From Bilabrum cf. latius (Eukaryota), in assembly GCA_965178125.1 (NCBI GenBank), contig OZ237741.1, positions 744,001-808,000 on the forward strand: a stretch of 64,000 bases of DNA, read 5' to 3'. The notes beneath the pieces are model-generated. The model had not been told where the DNA came from, ran no database searches, and saw only the letters and a program-made list of their open reading frames with translations. Positions 48,627 through 61,700 of this stretch are shown piece after piece. Position 1 is the stretch's first letter, and every line of letters starts with the position of its first letter. A program made the translations under genes and the position numbers.

Positions 48627-51600
48627 TCAGGACTAGCCCCCCATTGCACTGCGACTGCTTGTCCTAGCCAACGGAGACGACGCTGCTGGCTTCGTGCTCC
48701 CGTCCGCCGCCATCTTTGAAGCTGCCGTCTGCGCTGGCCCGTCACGCCGAGCCGAATCAGACTTCTCCGGGGTCGAGAATGCAGCGGCTCGCTCCGCTTG
48801 TTTGGCCGTCTTGGGGTGGGAAGCTTCCCACTGCTAGATGAGCCGGATGGTCGCGAGGCTCTCGGCTGACTTGTCTTTGAAGCGCTCCGCTAGGTCGAGA
48901 GATGTGCGCCCCGCCGCATCCAGCGCGTAGGCATCTGCGCCCCTGTGCAGCAGCAGGTCGCACATTGGTGCCCTCATTCCCAGCGCAGCCTGGTGCAGGG
49001 CGGTGAGCAGGTGTGAGTCTGTCCTGTTAGGAGAGACGCCCTGTTGAATCAGCCAGGCGGCAACATCCATGCTGCCCCGCCGAGCCGCATAATGCAGGCA
49101 GTTGCGACCATCGCTGTCGCCTGCTGTCAACTCTGCCCCAGCCTCCACCAGCACCTGCACGGAAGACAGCGACCCGCCCCTCGCGGCGTAGTGCAAGGGC
49201 GTGCGGCCCATCTTGTCCCTAACCAGCATGGCTTGCTTTCTGGCGTCATCCGAGGGCAGCGATTCCAAGAATTGCTGCACGGCACCCACCCTACCCTTCT
49301 CCGCGTCTTTACAGAGCTGCACGTTCGCGCGGTTCTTGGGCTCAGCCGGAGCCGGCTTCGGTGCCTCGGACTAAAAGCCCCTGCCGAGCATAGACAGGAA
49401 CCCGAACAGCCCACCGGACTGCTGCGGCTTGTGTGACCCACCGGGAGTGCTCGGGCCTCCCGCCTGCCCAGTCCTAAGCGCTGCCGCCCTGCGCATGCCC
49501 CCGCCTCCTCGGATGGTGCGTTTCTTCTGCAAGCCTCGCTTCGAGCCGCCGATGAGGGACATGTCGCCAGACATCACGGCCTGAGCCATCTTGTTCGTGA
49601 GCTCGAAGATCCTGTTCTCGTACTAGGAGTTGAGCGCCGTGACCTGCTGCAGCTCATCCGTGATGGATCGAAGCGCGGCCTTCTGTGCATCCACGGTTCT
49701 GGCTAGGTGAAGCACCTGCCGAGCGCTCTCATGCTGGTCATCGGGCAGCTCTATCTGAACCCTGACTCTGATCCACTTCCTGCGCCGCACGGCATTGGCC
49801 CCTCCCCTCGCCTTCTCGGGCGTGGCGAGTCGAGCAGGCTCCGGCTCCACCGTGGAGGCAACGCCGCTGCGCATGCTATCGAAACTCGGTGCGAATTCCC
49901 ACCCGTGCTTGTCCGTCCTCCTGACTCCCGGGCTGCTCGGCTCCACTTCCTGGTCATCAAGGCTGGTCGCTTGCACCGTCTTGTTCCTCCTCTCGCTGCC
50001 CTTCTCAACAATCCACTCGCAGAGCCAGTGCCAGCCATCGGGCAGCTCCACGTCGTCTCGCTCCATGGCAGACCCGGGCGATTCGGCTGCCAAGGCGTCC
50101 TTGTCGTCTCCACTGCCTGCCGCCTGCTCCCACGGATGACCATCGCCTGGTGCCAGGTCGGACACCCACTTCCCGTCGGGCCCCATTCGCTGCTTCTCCC
50201 ACATGGCGACCTTGTGCCTGCTCTTGACCATGGCCCCCGCCGCCTCGGTCGATAGGTTGGGTGACGACGGTCGGCTTGACTGAGCCGTACTGGATCCGCT
50301 GGAGCCAGCCGTCCCGGGCGCCGAGTTACCCGCAGCTGCGACGCTGGCGGCCGCATCTGCCGCTGCCTTGCGAGCAGCCTCCGCCTCGGCTGCTTCCTCT
50401 TCCTGCTTTCGCTTTTCTTCAGTCAGGCGGCTGATCTGGGCTTGGGCCTGCTCGAGCTCCGAGCGGAGGTCCTCGTTGGACTGCTTGGCGTTGCGGTATG
50501 TCTCTCGCAGCACGTCCATCTCTTGCTCCAGCTCCTGCAGCTGGGCTTTGGTCTCGGCTGCGGACTTCGCAGCGGATTCCGCCTGTTCTTTAGCCTGCTG
50601 CATAGCTGCTTGCGCGTCTGCGGCTGCAGCAGCGTGTGCCGCTGCTTCGGCAGCCGCAGCTGCGATCGCTTGGCGGCCGCTTTCCTTCCTGTCGACTTCA
50701 TCACTACCCGAAGCACCATCGGCGTCCTCGCCTTCCGCCCCCTTCTACTGCTTCTCCTTCTAGAGCTTCTCCTTCGCTTCCGCCTCCGCAGCCAGTTTCT
50801 CCGCTGCCTCTCTCGCTTCCTTTGCCAGCCTCTCTCTGTCCTCCCTTTCCTACAGCCGCATCTGTTCCAGCTTCTCGATGAGCTTCTCCCTCTCGTCTGC
50901 TTGTTCCTTGAACTTAGAGCTCTCTGCCTAGGACTCTTCCAGCTTCTTCCTCGTCTCCTTGATCTCCTTGGAGGCCTCTTTCAGGAGGTCCGTCATCATC
51001 TTGACGTGCTTGGTCAGGCTCTGGCTCTTGGCCTTGTATGCACCCATGTCCTCCTTCAACTTGGCTACCTCTTCCTCTGAGACAGACCTGCCCACTGCAT
51101 CTGACGCAGCGGATGCAGCGCCCCCACCGGTGCTTGATGGGTCTGCCGCCGCTGCATCGGCCTTGCCTTCGCCCGCAGCTGCGCTGCCTCCACCGCTGCC
51201 CACTGCGGCAGTGCTCTCATCAGCTGGGGCGGCGCTCGACGAGCCGCCTCCTGCTTTGCCAATCGCTGCCTTTACCTCTGCCTCCGCGGCGTCAGATGCC
51301 TTCTCTGCATCCTCCTCCTCTTCGTCCTCACCGCCGCTTTCCTCAAGCTTGCCAACGGATCGCAGCAAGTCACGAGTGGCCGGTTCGTCCAGCTTGAGAT
51401 CAATCGTATCAACGTCTGCCTTTTTCAGGGCCGGCACATCGAGCCCGCCAGTCACGGCGCCGACCCACCGACCCTCCCTGTCAAGCAGCGAGGACAGCAT
51501 TGGCGCTCGACTGGCCGCCTCCGCTTCTAGCTTTGCGATGATTCTCTTCATTTCCTCGGGACTGCGCTCTCGGTTGACCTTGGCCTTGTTCTTGATCGAC

Positions 51601-52760
51601 TTGGCTCGCTTACCGAACCGCAAAGTCGACAGGCTCTCCATCTCGTTGTACGAGGAGGGCGAGCAGCAGATGATCAGGCTGGTCCGACTATTGCCGCCGA
51701 TGGACTCCTGCAGGACGCGTGTCAGCTTCGAGTCGCGGTAGGGGATGTGGGAGCTCCGCCCGTCTGTGAGGGCGTTGATCACATTGCCCAGGGCACTGAG
51801 GCTCCTGTTAATGTTCTGGGCCTCCTCCATCTGCTTGCCGGTGACGCCCGTCTTCTTGGCCATCTCACTGCCGGCCAGGTCGACAAGCACGAGCCTTGAT
51901 CTCTTGACCTCGCCCGACTCCGTGTTGGTCTGCGTGATGTTAATGCTGAACAGGCTGTGGGACCTGCTGCTGCCTTCGTTCATCCCCGTCGCGGCAACTG
52001 CCCTGTTGGAGTCCCCCTGCTGCATCACCATGAGCATCTCTTCGGCCGAAATCACAGAGACGGTGGTTGCGTCTTGCACGTAGACGCCGAGCTTCGGATC
52101 CTCGCGGACCGGCAGGTTGGTCTTACTAGAATCCAGAAGATCGCGGATTTTTTCGAGGTAGATCTCCACAAAGCTGCACTCGACGCTGAACTCGATACTC
52201 TCATCGGCCTCCATCGCATGCGTGAAGACGTCCTGAGCCACGCGAGGGATGACACCCTGCATGTCTGAATCCGAAGTATCTGGACCAGACATTGTGTGGC
52301 TCTTGCCTGCTCCCGTTTGACCGTACGCAAGCACGCAGCCATTGTAGCCTTGAAATACAGCATCGACCACAGGTTTGGCTGAAGAAGCATACACGTCCAG
52401 CTATGTTGACTCAGATGGGAACACTCGGTCAAAATTGAACTTATACTAGGCCTTGTCCAGTGTCTGCAATACATTAAAGTAGCATCTCGCTGTGTCCGGG
52501 TGTGCACGAACCGTTGCAGATCGCGGAGACGTTGGTCGATCAAATCAAAAACTCACATTCAGGACCACTTGCTGGTGATTTCCCTTCGGCATGTAGACGC
52601 ATGTCTTTGCAGATAACTTCAATTCTTTTTTGTTCAATGGCCTGAATCGGCAAGTCACGGCAATACGATCGCCGATGCCAGCTTTGCTTGGTGTTCCGTC
52701 GCCGCTGTCCTCTCCCATTGGCTTGCGCGGAGTCGAGCTCCCTGCGCCTGACGCCGCCAT
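48627..52760 (-). CDS. Kinesin (kinesin-1-like motor) with coiled coil, DysF/peroxin-ferlin-like domain and ankyrin repeats, about 1346 aa; exons 52557-52760, 48627-52463
   Basis: AYGQTGAGKS, SSRSH, LVDLAGSE, HIPYRDSKLTR; Trp-rich LPDGWHWLCEW..DKHGWEF..VRRRKWIR; ankyrin TPLHYAA. 93-nt intron; 10 TAG; ends TGA. Confidence 0.9.
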
Positions 52761-52942
52761 ATATTACTCTACCTTACACGATGGCTGCAGCAATTAGCGG
52801 AAGGTGTCCTTGCGGGCGATGATTTGATTGTTTCTTATTTATTCCAAACATCCAAATGTACACTCAACAATAATAGACAGGCAAGTGCACCGCATTGCCA
52901 CATGCAACCTAGACGGGACACAATTCCCCACCTTCTAATGAT

Positions 52943-55585
52943 ATGTTGCCGTCTGCCGGTTTCCTACCGCTACTAAAGCCTCGGGGGTTGACTTCGCGCG
53001 CGCTGCTCAACCAGGCAATCAGGTAGCTTCGGCTTCGCGAATGTCGCATCAAACTGGGTCATACTGGGACGCTAGATGCATTCGCTGAAGGTTTACTCGT
53101 AGCTGCGGTGGGCCATGGAACGAAACAGATTGATTCCATCAATCTTGGTGGTGCGGCAGGCAAGGAGTACCTTGCGACGGTGCGGCTTGGGATTCGGACT
53201 TCAACCGATGACGTGTGCGGGGACACGTTGATGCACACACCTGTCCAGGGAATTTCTGAGAGCGATATTTCGTCTGCTTTGTCAGAAATAGGCAATGGTT
53301 TCGTTTTCTAGGAGCCGCCTAAATTTTCTGCCCTGAAAGTGAAAGGCGAGCGGGCGTACAACTTGGCAAGGGCCGGCAAACAGCTGCCCGAGTCGATGGA
53401 GAAGCGCCGCGTGCTCATCGAAAATATCGCCGTGCTTGACTACACTTCTCCTGGTTCATCGCACTCGAGCGTTCCACCGCTAGAGCAGTGGGAGGCGGAG
53501 TGTCGGACCCAGCTGGAGGCCACCAAGGGCAAGCTGTGCCCCGGCGTGGCCGCTTCGTTCGGGGAACAGTCTGGTTGCATGGATGCGGTGCTGCGGGTCC
53601 AATGCGGGCGGGGCGTGTACGTGCGATCGATTGCAAGGGATATTGGGGAGATTTTAGGCGTCGGTGGGTGCTTGGTTCGGCTGGTCCGGACGAAGTCTGA
53701 CGGTTTCAGCCTATCCGATGCGGTGCGGCTGGACGACTTGTCGAGTACAGACACGATGTTCGAGGCAATGGCACCACCGGGACTTCCTTTCTTACACTCA
53801 TCAAAAGCGTCTACGAGTGTAGATGTTGATGATAATGCTGCCATTCTGGAGCTGCTTGGGCGTCCGTAGCACCCCTCGAGTAGCTCTGCCGATATTGCTG
53901 GGCCTTCCGAGTATGTGGCGCTGTACGATGAGGCGAGCATATCTTAGCGGGTGACGACTGGCTATCATGCAACGAGGCATGCGTCGTATGGGCTCCGCGT
54001 GCAGCAGATGCGCGATGCAGGTGCAGGTGCAGGTGCAGGTGCAGGTGCAGGTGCAGGTGCAGGTGCAGGTGCAGGCGCAGGTGCAGGTGCAGGTGCAGGT
54101 GCAGGTGCAGGCGCAGGCGCAGGTGCAGGTGCAGGTGCAGGCGCGAGCAGCTAGTCAGCGGACAACAGTGGCAGTTGTCATGTGACGAGTGGGATCGTGA
54201 TACCGCTTCGGGTACACCGCGTGGTGGCTCCACTCTTGAATCCCAACAATGGAATGTGGTCGGCCTCCGCTGCGGGCCAGACCTTACAGCAAGCAAAGCG
54301 TAGTACCGCCTCTAGCTCTGAAGATGGCATGGACCAGCTATAGCTCATGGACGAATGTACGGAACGACGACGCAAGCTGTTTAGATTGATGTCTCGCGGT
54401 CGTATCAAGCAGAGCGGGCTGGTGGGCCTGGTGCAGCAAGGGCAGGAGCAGGTCAGCATGGTTTCATCCTTCTTGTAGCAGCTGCCAAAGCACAGCAAGA
54501 AGGATGGTGCGGGTGATGGGGGCAAGTCTGGCACACGTGTCCGTCGCAGTGAGGGTAGCAGCGCAGGTGGCTGCGCATCGAAGCCTGTACCCATCTTTGG
54601 GAGATTTCAAGCTCAAAGTTTGGGCGATGGCAATGGCGATGATGCCTCGCCTAGCAAGCCTAGTGAAGATGGGGCAGATGAGCCCACGCTCCGGTTGCTC
54701 GCATCGTCCACGACGGAAATGCATCGATTGGCTTGGGGAGCCCAGCAAGTGATCGAGCGCAAGCTGGCGAAGTTTCTCAAGCCGCACGCCGGCCAGGACG
54801 GTAGCAAGCCGGGGCCCGCCGGAGCGCCTGCTCCGGAAGACGTGGCCACCAGCGTTGCGGAGTCTTTGCACGCTGTCGTGATGCGAGTAGTGATGTAGGG
54901 CATTGCAGCAGGCGTGCATGTGCCTGACTCTGGTGTCAGTGATGGCGGTGACGGCTGTGCAGAGACGGACGAAAATAGCCTGGAAGCGCAGGGAGCGTGC
55001 CCCTTACTTCCAACAGATGAGATAGTGATGAAAGCGCTTCCAATCGCTGGGTTGGATCGAGACTCTGAGCTCACGTGGAGCTTGCTCAAGCGTGCAGATG
55101 CATCAGTGAGCCGTGCTATCGTGGAGGTGAACAGCCGGTGGAGGCGAGGCTTCGGAGGCAGTCTGGCGGATGCAACTCGTTACCCCCTCCTGGCAGTAGG
55201 GGTGCACGAGCTATAGCCTGGGGAGAATGAATGTGGCTCGAGTGCGGAGTTAGACGAGTTGCGTCTGGCGCACCTGTCGGGACAGCTGGGTGCAGCGGGG
55301 CAGTGGGTCAGCCCGCAGCAAGCTAGGATGCACCGGCGAGGCAAGGGCAAGGGCAAGGGACGGAAGGGCGCGGCATTGCGCAGGGCAGGCAAGAACTCGG
55401 ATTTGGTGCTAGGCGATGGGGAAGAGCCCCTAGCGGCTGCACTGTGGGCCTGGCTGCATGCACCGCTCAAGGAGGCCATCGGCACGGTAGCTGGCATGGC
55501 GGGACATCTAGCGCAGCTGGAGTATAGCGAGGGCGTGCGCCGAGCAAAGTTGATGGAAAGGCTGAAGGCTGATGCGAAGCCGTGA
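52943..55585 (+). CDS. truB: tRNA pseudouridine-55 synthase TruB-like with long C-terminal extension, 880 aa
   Basis: KPRGLTS, KLGHTGTLD (catalytic Asp), KEYLATVRLG, [TAG]EPPKFSALKVKGERAY, CGRGVYVRSIARDIG, LVRT. 9 TAG; first non-TAG stop is the TGA ending at 55585. Confidence 0.85.
54017..54142 (+). repeat. Hexanucleotide microsatellite (GCAGGY)n, about 21 units, in frame as (Ala-Gly)n
   Basis: Directly visible. Confidence 0.97.
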
Positions 55586-55752
55586 TGCTATAGTTCAGCA
55601 GCTGAACTGAAGGTGTGTTGTCTGCTTCGTTTTCGGACCTTTCCCGGTGCATTTAAACCGGAAACCGTTTCATGACGACGAAGACGCGAAAGAACAGCAG
55701 TTGTGTCTCATTCGTCCAAGGCTATTGTCTCGGATAGGTAGTTATTTAAGAT

Positions 55753-58700
55753 ATGGAAGAAGCTGCAAGGGTGCGCCGAGAGGCAGTCCAGCAGCAATGC
55801 AACGACATAATGCAAGAATCTCAGCAAAGCAAGGCGCGGCTGGATGGATTCATTGAAGCCATTAACAGGATGTTTAACGTGTGGCGATAGAATCTAGAAG
55901 TACTCGCAGCATCTCCAGCTGATACCACTGCCTCAGCAACTATGCTGAGCACATCAATGGCTGGCGGAATACAGCAGATCGGCCAGCGAGTCCCAGCCGA
56001 GAAAACTATTCTCGATGACATGGAAAATCGGCTTCGGATCCTCTTAACCCAACCTGGGGCCGTAGCAAGTGACTCGCTATCTGGGGCATTTGTTGATACA
56101 TCTAGCTCAACGTCAACGATTGGCGCACTGCAAGATTCACAAGCACTCGCGGCCAGGACTAGAGCGGCCGCAGAGGCGAGGCGCAAGGGCAAAGACTCCA
56201 ACGAGCTGTTGCAGTCGAATGTTGATAAAGCTCGCAATACATTGGATAGTGCCTGGGAGTCATTTAGATGCTATAAAAAGCTTGTCGATGCGGTGAAAGA
56301 GGATCCATCCCGCCCACCACCGATACCAGACGCAGAGGATACTACTGCGAAGTCAAACTCTGCAGCAAGCGGGGCCCCAGTTTCACCGTCATCTGCATCA
56401 GATCAAGAGGTTGCTCCAGCAGGCGCCTCCTCTGCAGGAAGCGCGCTGGCAGAGGGCGCAGCCGGGACACAGGCGGGTGGTGCTGGCACTTCCGCCGCAG
56501 AGCAAGCTGTCGCCGCCAAAGAAGAGATCCAGCGGCAGCTGCTGCGTGCTTCCGTGTAGTCTAAAGGAGTGGAGGTTCGAGAGCGTATCGCAGCAGCCAG
56601 GGCTCGTCGGATGGAGCGCAAGGCAGAACGGATCGAGCGCAAGGCGGCCAGATAGGCGGTGAAGACGTGCACCACGATGCCGACGGTGGCGGGTGCAGGA
56701 CTCGAGGGAACCGAAATGCCCGCTGCTGCAGCGACAGCACGATCAGAAGCTGCCTCAAGCTTGGCACCAGCGCCAGCATCGGCTCCCGCTCCCGCTCCCG
56801 CTCCCGCTCCCGCTCCCGCTCCCTCAGCGGCTTCCTTTGCCTCGACCAGCCCCGCAGACGAGGCGCTGGGAACCGCGGTGCAAGAGGCCGGAGCTCTGGG
56901 AGCCTATGGGGTGATCGATGAGTCACCTGCACAGAGTACTCCTGGGCCCACGGTGGCAGAGGCCTACGGCAGCATCGATGGTGGAGAAGGAGCGGCGCAA
57001 GGCGGGGCGTCCTCATCCGGCGCAGCAACTTCGCATGGAGGAGTGGTCGGCGCAGCGACGTACGAGCCACTGGTTGGTGCCGAGGCCGGTATTCAAGAGC
57101 ATCCTGTGAAAGGCATGACATCGGCTGGGATCAGCTATGCCTACGAAGTCTTCGAGGAGGAGGACCCCACGGTGCTGCGGAAAGCTCCTGATGACCCGGT
57201 AGCAGCTGTTGCTGTATCACGCGGACAGGCCGCCAAGGTCGCGAGCGGGTACGATGACGCTATTGATGACCCCAGTGATTCAGCTGTAGTACAGGCGGGT
57301 GCTGTGCGAGTCGGTGGGTATGACGCAATCGACATCATTGACGGCAGCGTGCAGCATGCTGGCCTCTCGTCTGCTCGTGCATGCGACCCTATCCCATCCG
57401 CAGCTAAAGCAGACCCCTCATCCGGTTCCGGTCCTTCTGCAGATTCAACTCCATCGAGAGCAGTCGGTGCATCGCAAGGCCGGGAGGGTTTCAACGAGAA
57501 ATGGTAGAGGGTGATCGACAGGGATGTCACCACACCCGCAGAGCAGCTGGCGCAGGCAGTCGACTTGCACAAGCTCGCGGTGAGCTTCACGGACCGGGCG
57601 CGATTTCTAGCAGAGCTCATCGCTGCGGAGCGCACCATGTACGAGGACCAGAGGAGCATCAGGGCGCTGAATGTTGGTGGTGTGGCTGGAGGTGACAAGC
57701 ACCTAGTTGGGTCCGTGTTCATCAAGTATGCGGTGGACAGCGATGGCCTCTATGGAGGTGATGCTCCTGCTCAGAAGAGCGCTGCTCACGAGTTGAAGGG
57801 CCTGCGAGCCATTCGAACTGCAGTGGCCAGGTCGCAGCGAGCCTAGCCCGGAACTGCAGAGTGGGAGCACCCCGACTGCCAAGGCAAGCGCACGGGCAGG
57901 CGAAACCTGGCCAAGGAGCTGCACGTGCCGCTGTTCGCGCTGGTAGATTTTGCGGGGCACCGGCTCGTTGCTACTGCGCTGCTGCCGGTGGGCAAAAACA
58001 CTCTCGTCTACGGCTCTGCAGATGCCGGCCGCACCGTCCACAGCGATGATCCAGTGGCTGCAGATGCCATGCAGCAGGCAGGCTCACTGCTCGGGCTGAA
58101 GCCGCACGTTGTCGGGAGCGGGGTCGGACAACTCGGAGCCAAAGAGCTGGCTGCGTGCTGTGACATTGAGGTGCACAAGGGCAAGGATGACAGGCTGTAC
58201 GTGCTCGACACAGCTCGCCTTCTGCCCCCCGAGGAGCCCCACAGGGAAGTGTCGAGTGTGGTCGTGCCGAGCGATCCCTGGCGGTCTCTCGCCTAGCATC
58301 GCGGGCACAGGACCACAAGGATGCAAGTCGCAGCGCAGGCACTCGCCGACTCTGCAGACCCCGTGGAAGACGATGATGACTTTGGGCTCAGCGAAAGCAC
58401 CAGCGAGCCGAAGATGCCCATGATACAGGCGTACAAAATGACTGGCAGGTGGTCCGGCGTCACTTTGCTCCGCCAGGGCACGGGCGGGAAGCCCAACCAT
58501 CGTCTGACTGACATTCTCGCCAACTAGCCCGCATGGCATGCCACCGCTCGCCGCCTCATTGCGAATGGCCGGGTCCAGGAGTCCGACATTTTTGCTCCTC
58601 CGGGTGCCAAGATTGGGCAGTACCCCGCTGGCGGCATGGTGACTGGGAGCGCGGTGCTCGTGGGCAGCGACGACAAGGCAAGGCACCTGGTACGGCTGAT

Positions 58701-61700
58701 TCGGGAGGAGGCGCTGCGGGTGTGGACGAGGCCAATCTCGTCGGATGCATTCACCGGGTTTGGCATCCACAACCACAGGATTCACAACGCCGAGGCTCGG
58801 GGCCTATCGCAAGCCCTCATTGAGGAAAGGATCCCTGTCTTCGCGAATGAGCTGGCCACCCACAAGAAGGACGTGACCAATGGCAGGCAGCTTGTCGACC
58901 TCATGCATGCTGCTGGGCTGAACGTGCGCTGGATCGCTCTCGTGTATATGGCAACGATGGTAAACGTCAAGAGGCTGAGGCAGAGCTCGTCATCGTTGTC
59001 CAGCGATGGGTTCGTGGCGAATCTTCTCTTGACTGAGATGATCTCGCGCTCGATCAAATTAATCATTCGAGATGTAATGCGAGAAGCATTGCCCAAGGCA
59101 GTAGCGCCTGCCACTTCTGCTGGCGATGCACCGCCAAGCCTACGTCGGCATGTCTCCATGAATACATAGGCTGGGCACTGCCAGACTCGTCTGCAGGAAG
59201 TCATTTGTGAGGTACTCAACGACGTCTTTGGCAACAGCGAGCGATCACTAAGCATGTGGACCTCCTAGCTCAAGGCCCAGATGATGCTGCGCTTCGGCTC
59301 CTACCGTATGCCTTCGCATTGGTTTCATGACGGCTCCATGGCTCGGTACGGCGAGACGATTTTCTTCTCTTCGCAGCATTCCCACCCGCATGACGACATG
59401 CGTGGCAGGGTGCTGCTGCCAGCCCTGCTTGGCTCCACAATGCGTGCCACTGGCGTCGCGCTGAAGCCAGCTATATACGCAAGGGCGATCCAAGATCCTG
59501 GTGCGTTCTTCTCGAGACCGACCCCTTTTACGCTGGATGATTTCGACTGCGTTTCTTCCAAGTCAAAGTCTATTCAAACGGCAGACAGTGTGCTCGAGGC
59601 TCTCAAGGCGGTCACCGGTGTCACCAATACTCTCAGCGAGGACATCAGTACCGCTAGCTCCGGCACCAACGTGCCTGCGCTTAAGTCGCTGATGGCTCAG
59701 ACAGGCGCAAAACTCAACATGCGGGATGAAGGGGACAAAATGCTTGCACAAATTCCCATGCCATACACCGTGAAGCCGTCCGTGTCGGCCAAAGAACTTG
59801 CCGCTGATGCTCCCATCGAGAAGCCGACATCTGCCGCTGGTGGCCAGCTGCCCGAGTCGGAAGCGCCAGCTTGGCAGCAGTACAGCCATATGTGCTAGGA
59901 TGTGTTTGGCTCAGAGTCGCAGGAGGCAGTGGCTGCCGGGCTGCGTCACTCTGAGGAGCTCTTCAGAGAGGGCCGGTCGATGGCCGCATGTGCCGTGGCT
60001 GAAAGGGCGGCTGCACCCGTGCTCAGCAACCCCAGTGCACCAACCGAGAGTGTAGTATCTATTTTGGCCTGGATTGCTCGGTGCAAAGAGCAGTCTTGCC
60101 TGCTGGGCGATGCACTCGAACGCTACCAGCATGCGCTGTGGCGGCTCCGATGCGAGTACGGGACCGGTTCAGTCAAGCAACAGCACTCAGTCAAGGAGAA
60201 ACAGATGACCCCAGATCCCAGCGATATCCCAGAAGAGTACAGGGATAAGTCATTTGATATTCACAAGTATTATGCCGAAGCGCAGCAGTTGAAAGATGAA
60301 GCGTAGAAGGGGCTGACCCCGCGCGATCCCCGGTGGAAGAACGCCATTGTCAAGCTGCAAGAAGACATGGCAATGATCAAGGAGAGACAACGGAATTTTA
60401 TGGTGACGCAAAAGCATATTAAACCCAGGGAGCACGCCGCGACGACGGGGTTTATGGCGCATCCCGCGCAGCAGGTCCTGGTAGAGTCGGTGGTTCGACT
60501 GTATCTTAAGGCTGGCCTCCTCTCGCAGCACCAGGCAAACGCCAACAAGTACAAGTTTGCGCTCAGCAAGCTTCCATCCCCTATAGACAAGCAGGTGCTA
60601 GGAATCGTGTACCAGGTTCCCCACGAGCTCATGCGAGCTGCCCTTCCGCTGAGCGCTCTGGAGGTGAGGGTCTTTGACACGCCTAGAGCCGCGTACAATC
60701 ACAGGGGTCCGAGACCAAAATGGCACGACGGGGACACGTACAGCAGCATTATGGTGATCAACGCGGCCAAGAGCCGCGGCGTGGATCCTGTGATCCAGCC
60801 CGCCAGTGCGGCCCCGCTGAGCGCCAGAGATGCTACAATTCGAGCGTAGCGCCAGCACCCTGTGTTCGGAGCCATCGAGGCTGGCACGCATGACCTTCCG
60901 TGCCAGGAGCGTACCGTCCTTGAACTGAAGCGGCGCCTAGATATGGCTGGACCAGATTTGCTAGAACGCATGGCAAGCCGCCCGCTGAGCTCATGGAACC
61001 TGGCCTCCAAGATCACCTCAAGCAAACTTGAAACGATCAGGCGCGCTGGCAAAAGCTCAGCTACAACGAGTGAGTATGTGGACAGCAGAGCCAGAGCGCA
61101 ATGGATCTTCAGCGTGGCTCCTCTATTGGTACCATCGTGCATGATCATGCGGCAGCCGCTCCCACAACCACGCGCCTCTCAGCCGCCGAGCCTACAGCGT
61201 GACGCCTCCCACGGGGAGGACGTTTCCCACGTTGGATTCCCCGCCAGTAGAGAGGAGCAGCCAGATGTCAGTACCAGCGAAGATGCTCAGCACCCACAGG
61301 TTGCACAGGATCGTTCCTCACAGGCTGTTCCACTGCTAGACCCAACTCAGTTCGTAGAGCTGCCTCGCTCTGCACCACCGGCACCACTGCCGCCGGTAGC
61401 ACCATCACCATCAGCCCAACAGTCCCCATTCGGCGGTCAGGTAGCGCCGAACCAACTGCCTGGTGTCCCTGATGAGCCTGCCAGCGGTGCCGGCACTTCG
61501 GCGGCGTCCTCAGGGTAGGATGCCGCCAGGTTGGTCGAGTCCAATAGATCGCATGGTATAGCCACTCCGGGACTCCCGAGCTCGGCGGCCCCGCCTCCTG
61601 TGGGTCAGACACCGCCGACAGCGGCCCAGAAGATGATCGCGGAGCGACGGCAGGCTGTCCTGGCAAAGGTAGCCGAGCAGAAGAGAAAGGTAGCCGCGGC

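Noticed and set aside
46876-53311. TAG as Trp (A-to-I editing), Leu or pyrrolysine
   Set aside because: The conserved columns in Top3, kinesin and TruB call for Gln, and the TAGs are dispersed with no special context.
52943-53869. Bacterial contamination or recent HGT suggested by TruB and OvoA
   Set aside because: TruB carries the host's TAG codons and OvoA has spliceosomal introns; both families occur in eukaryotes.
53811-54296. (His-Leu)n and (Gln-Val)n ORFs over the microsatellite
   Set aside because: Alternative frames of (GCAGGT)n; the continuous TruB frame reads (Ala-Gly)n.
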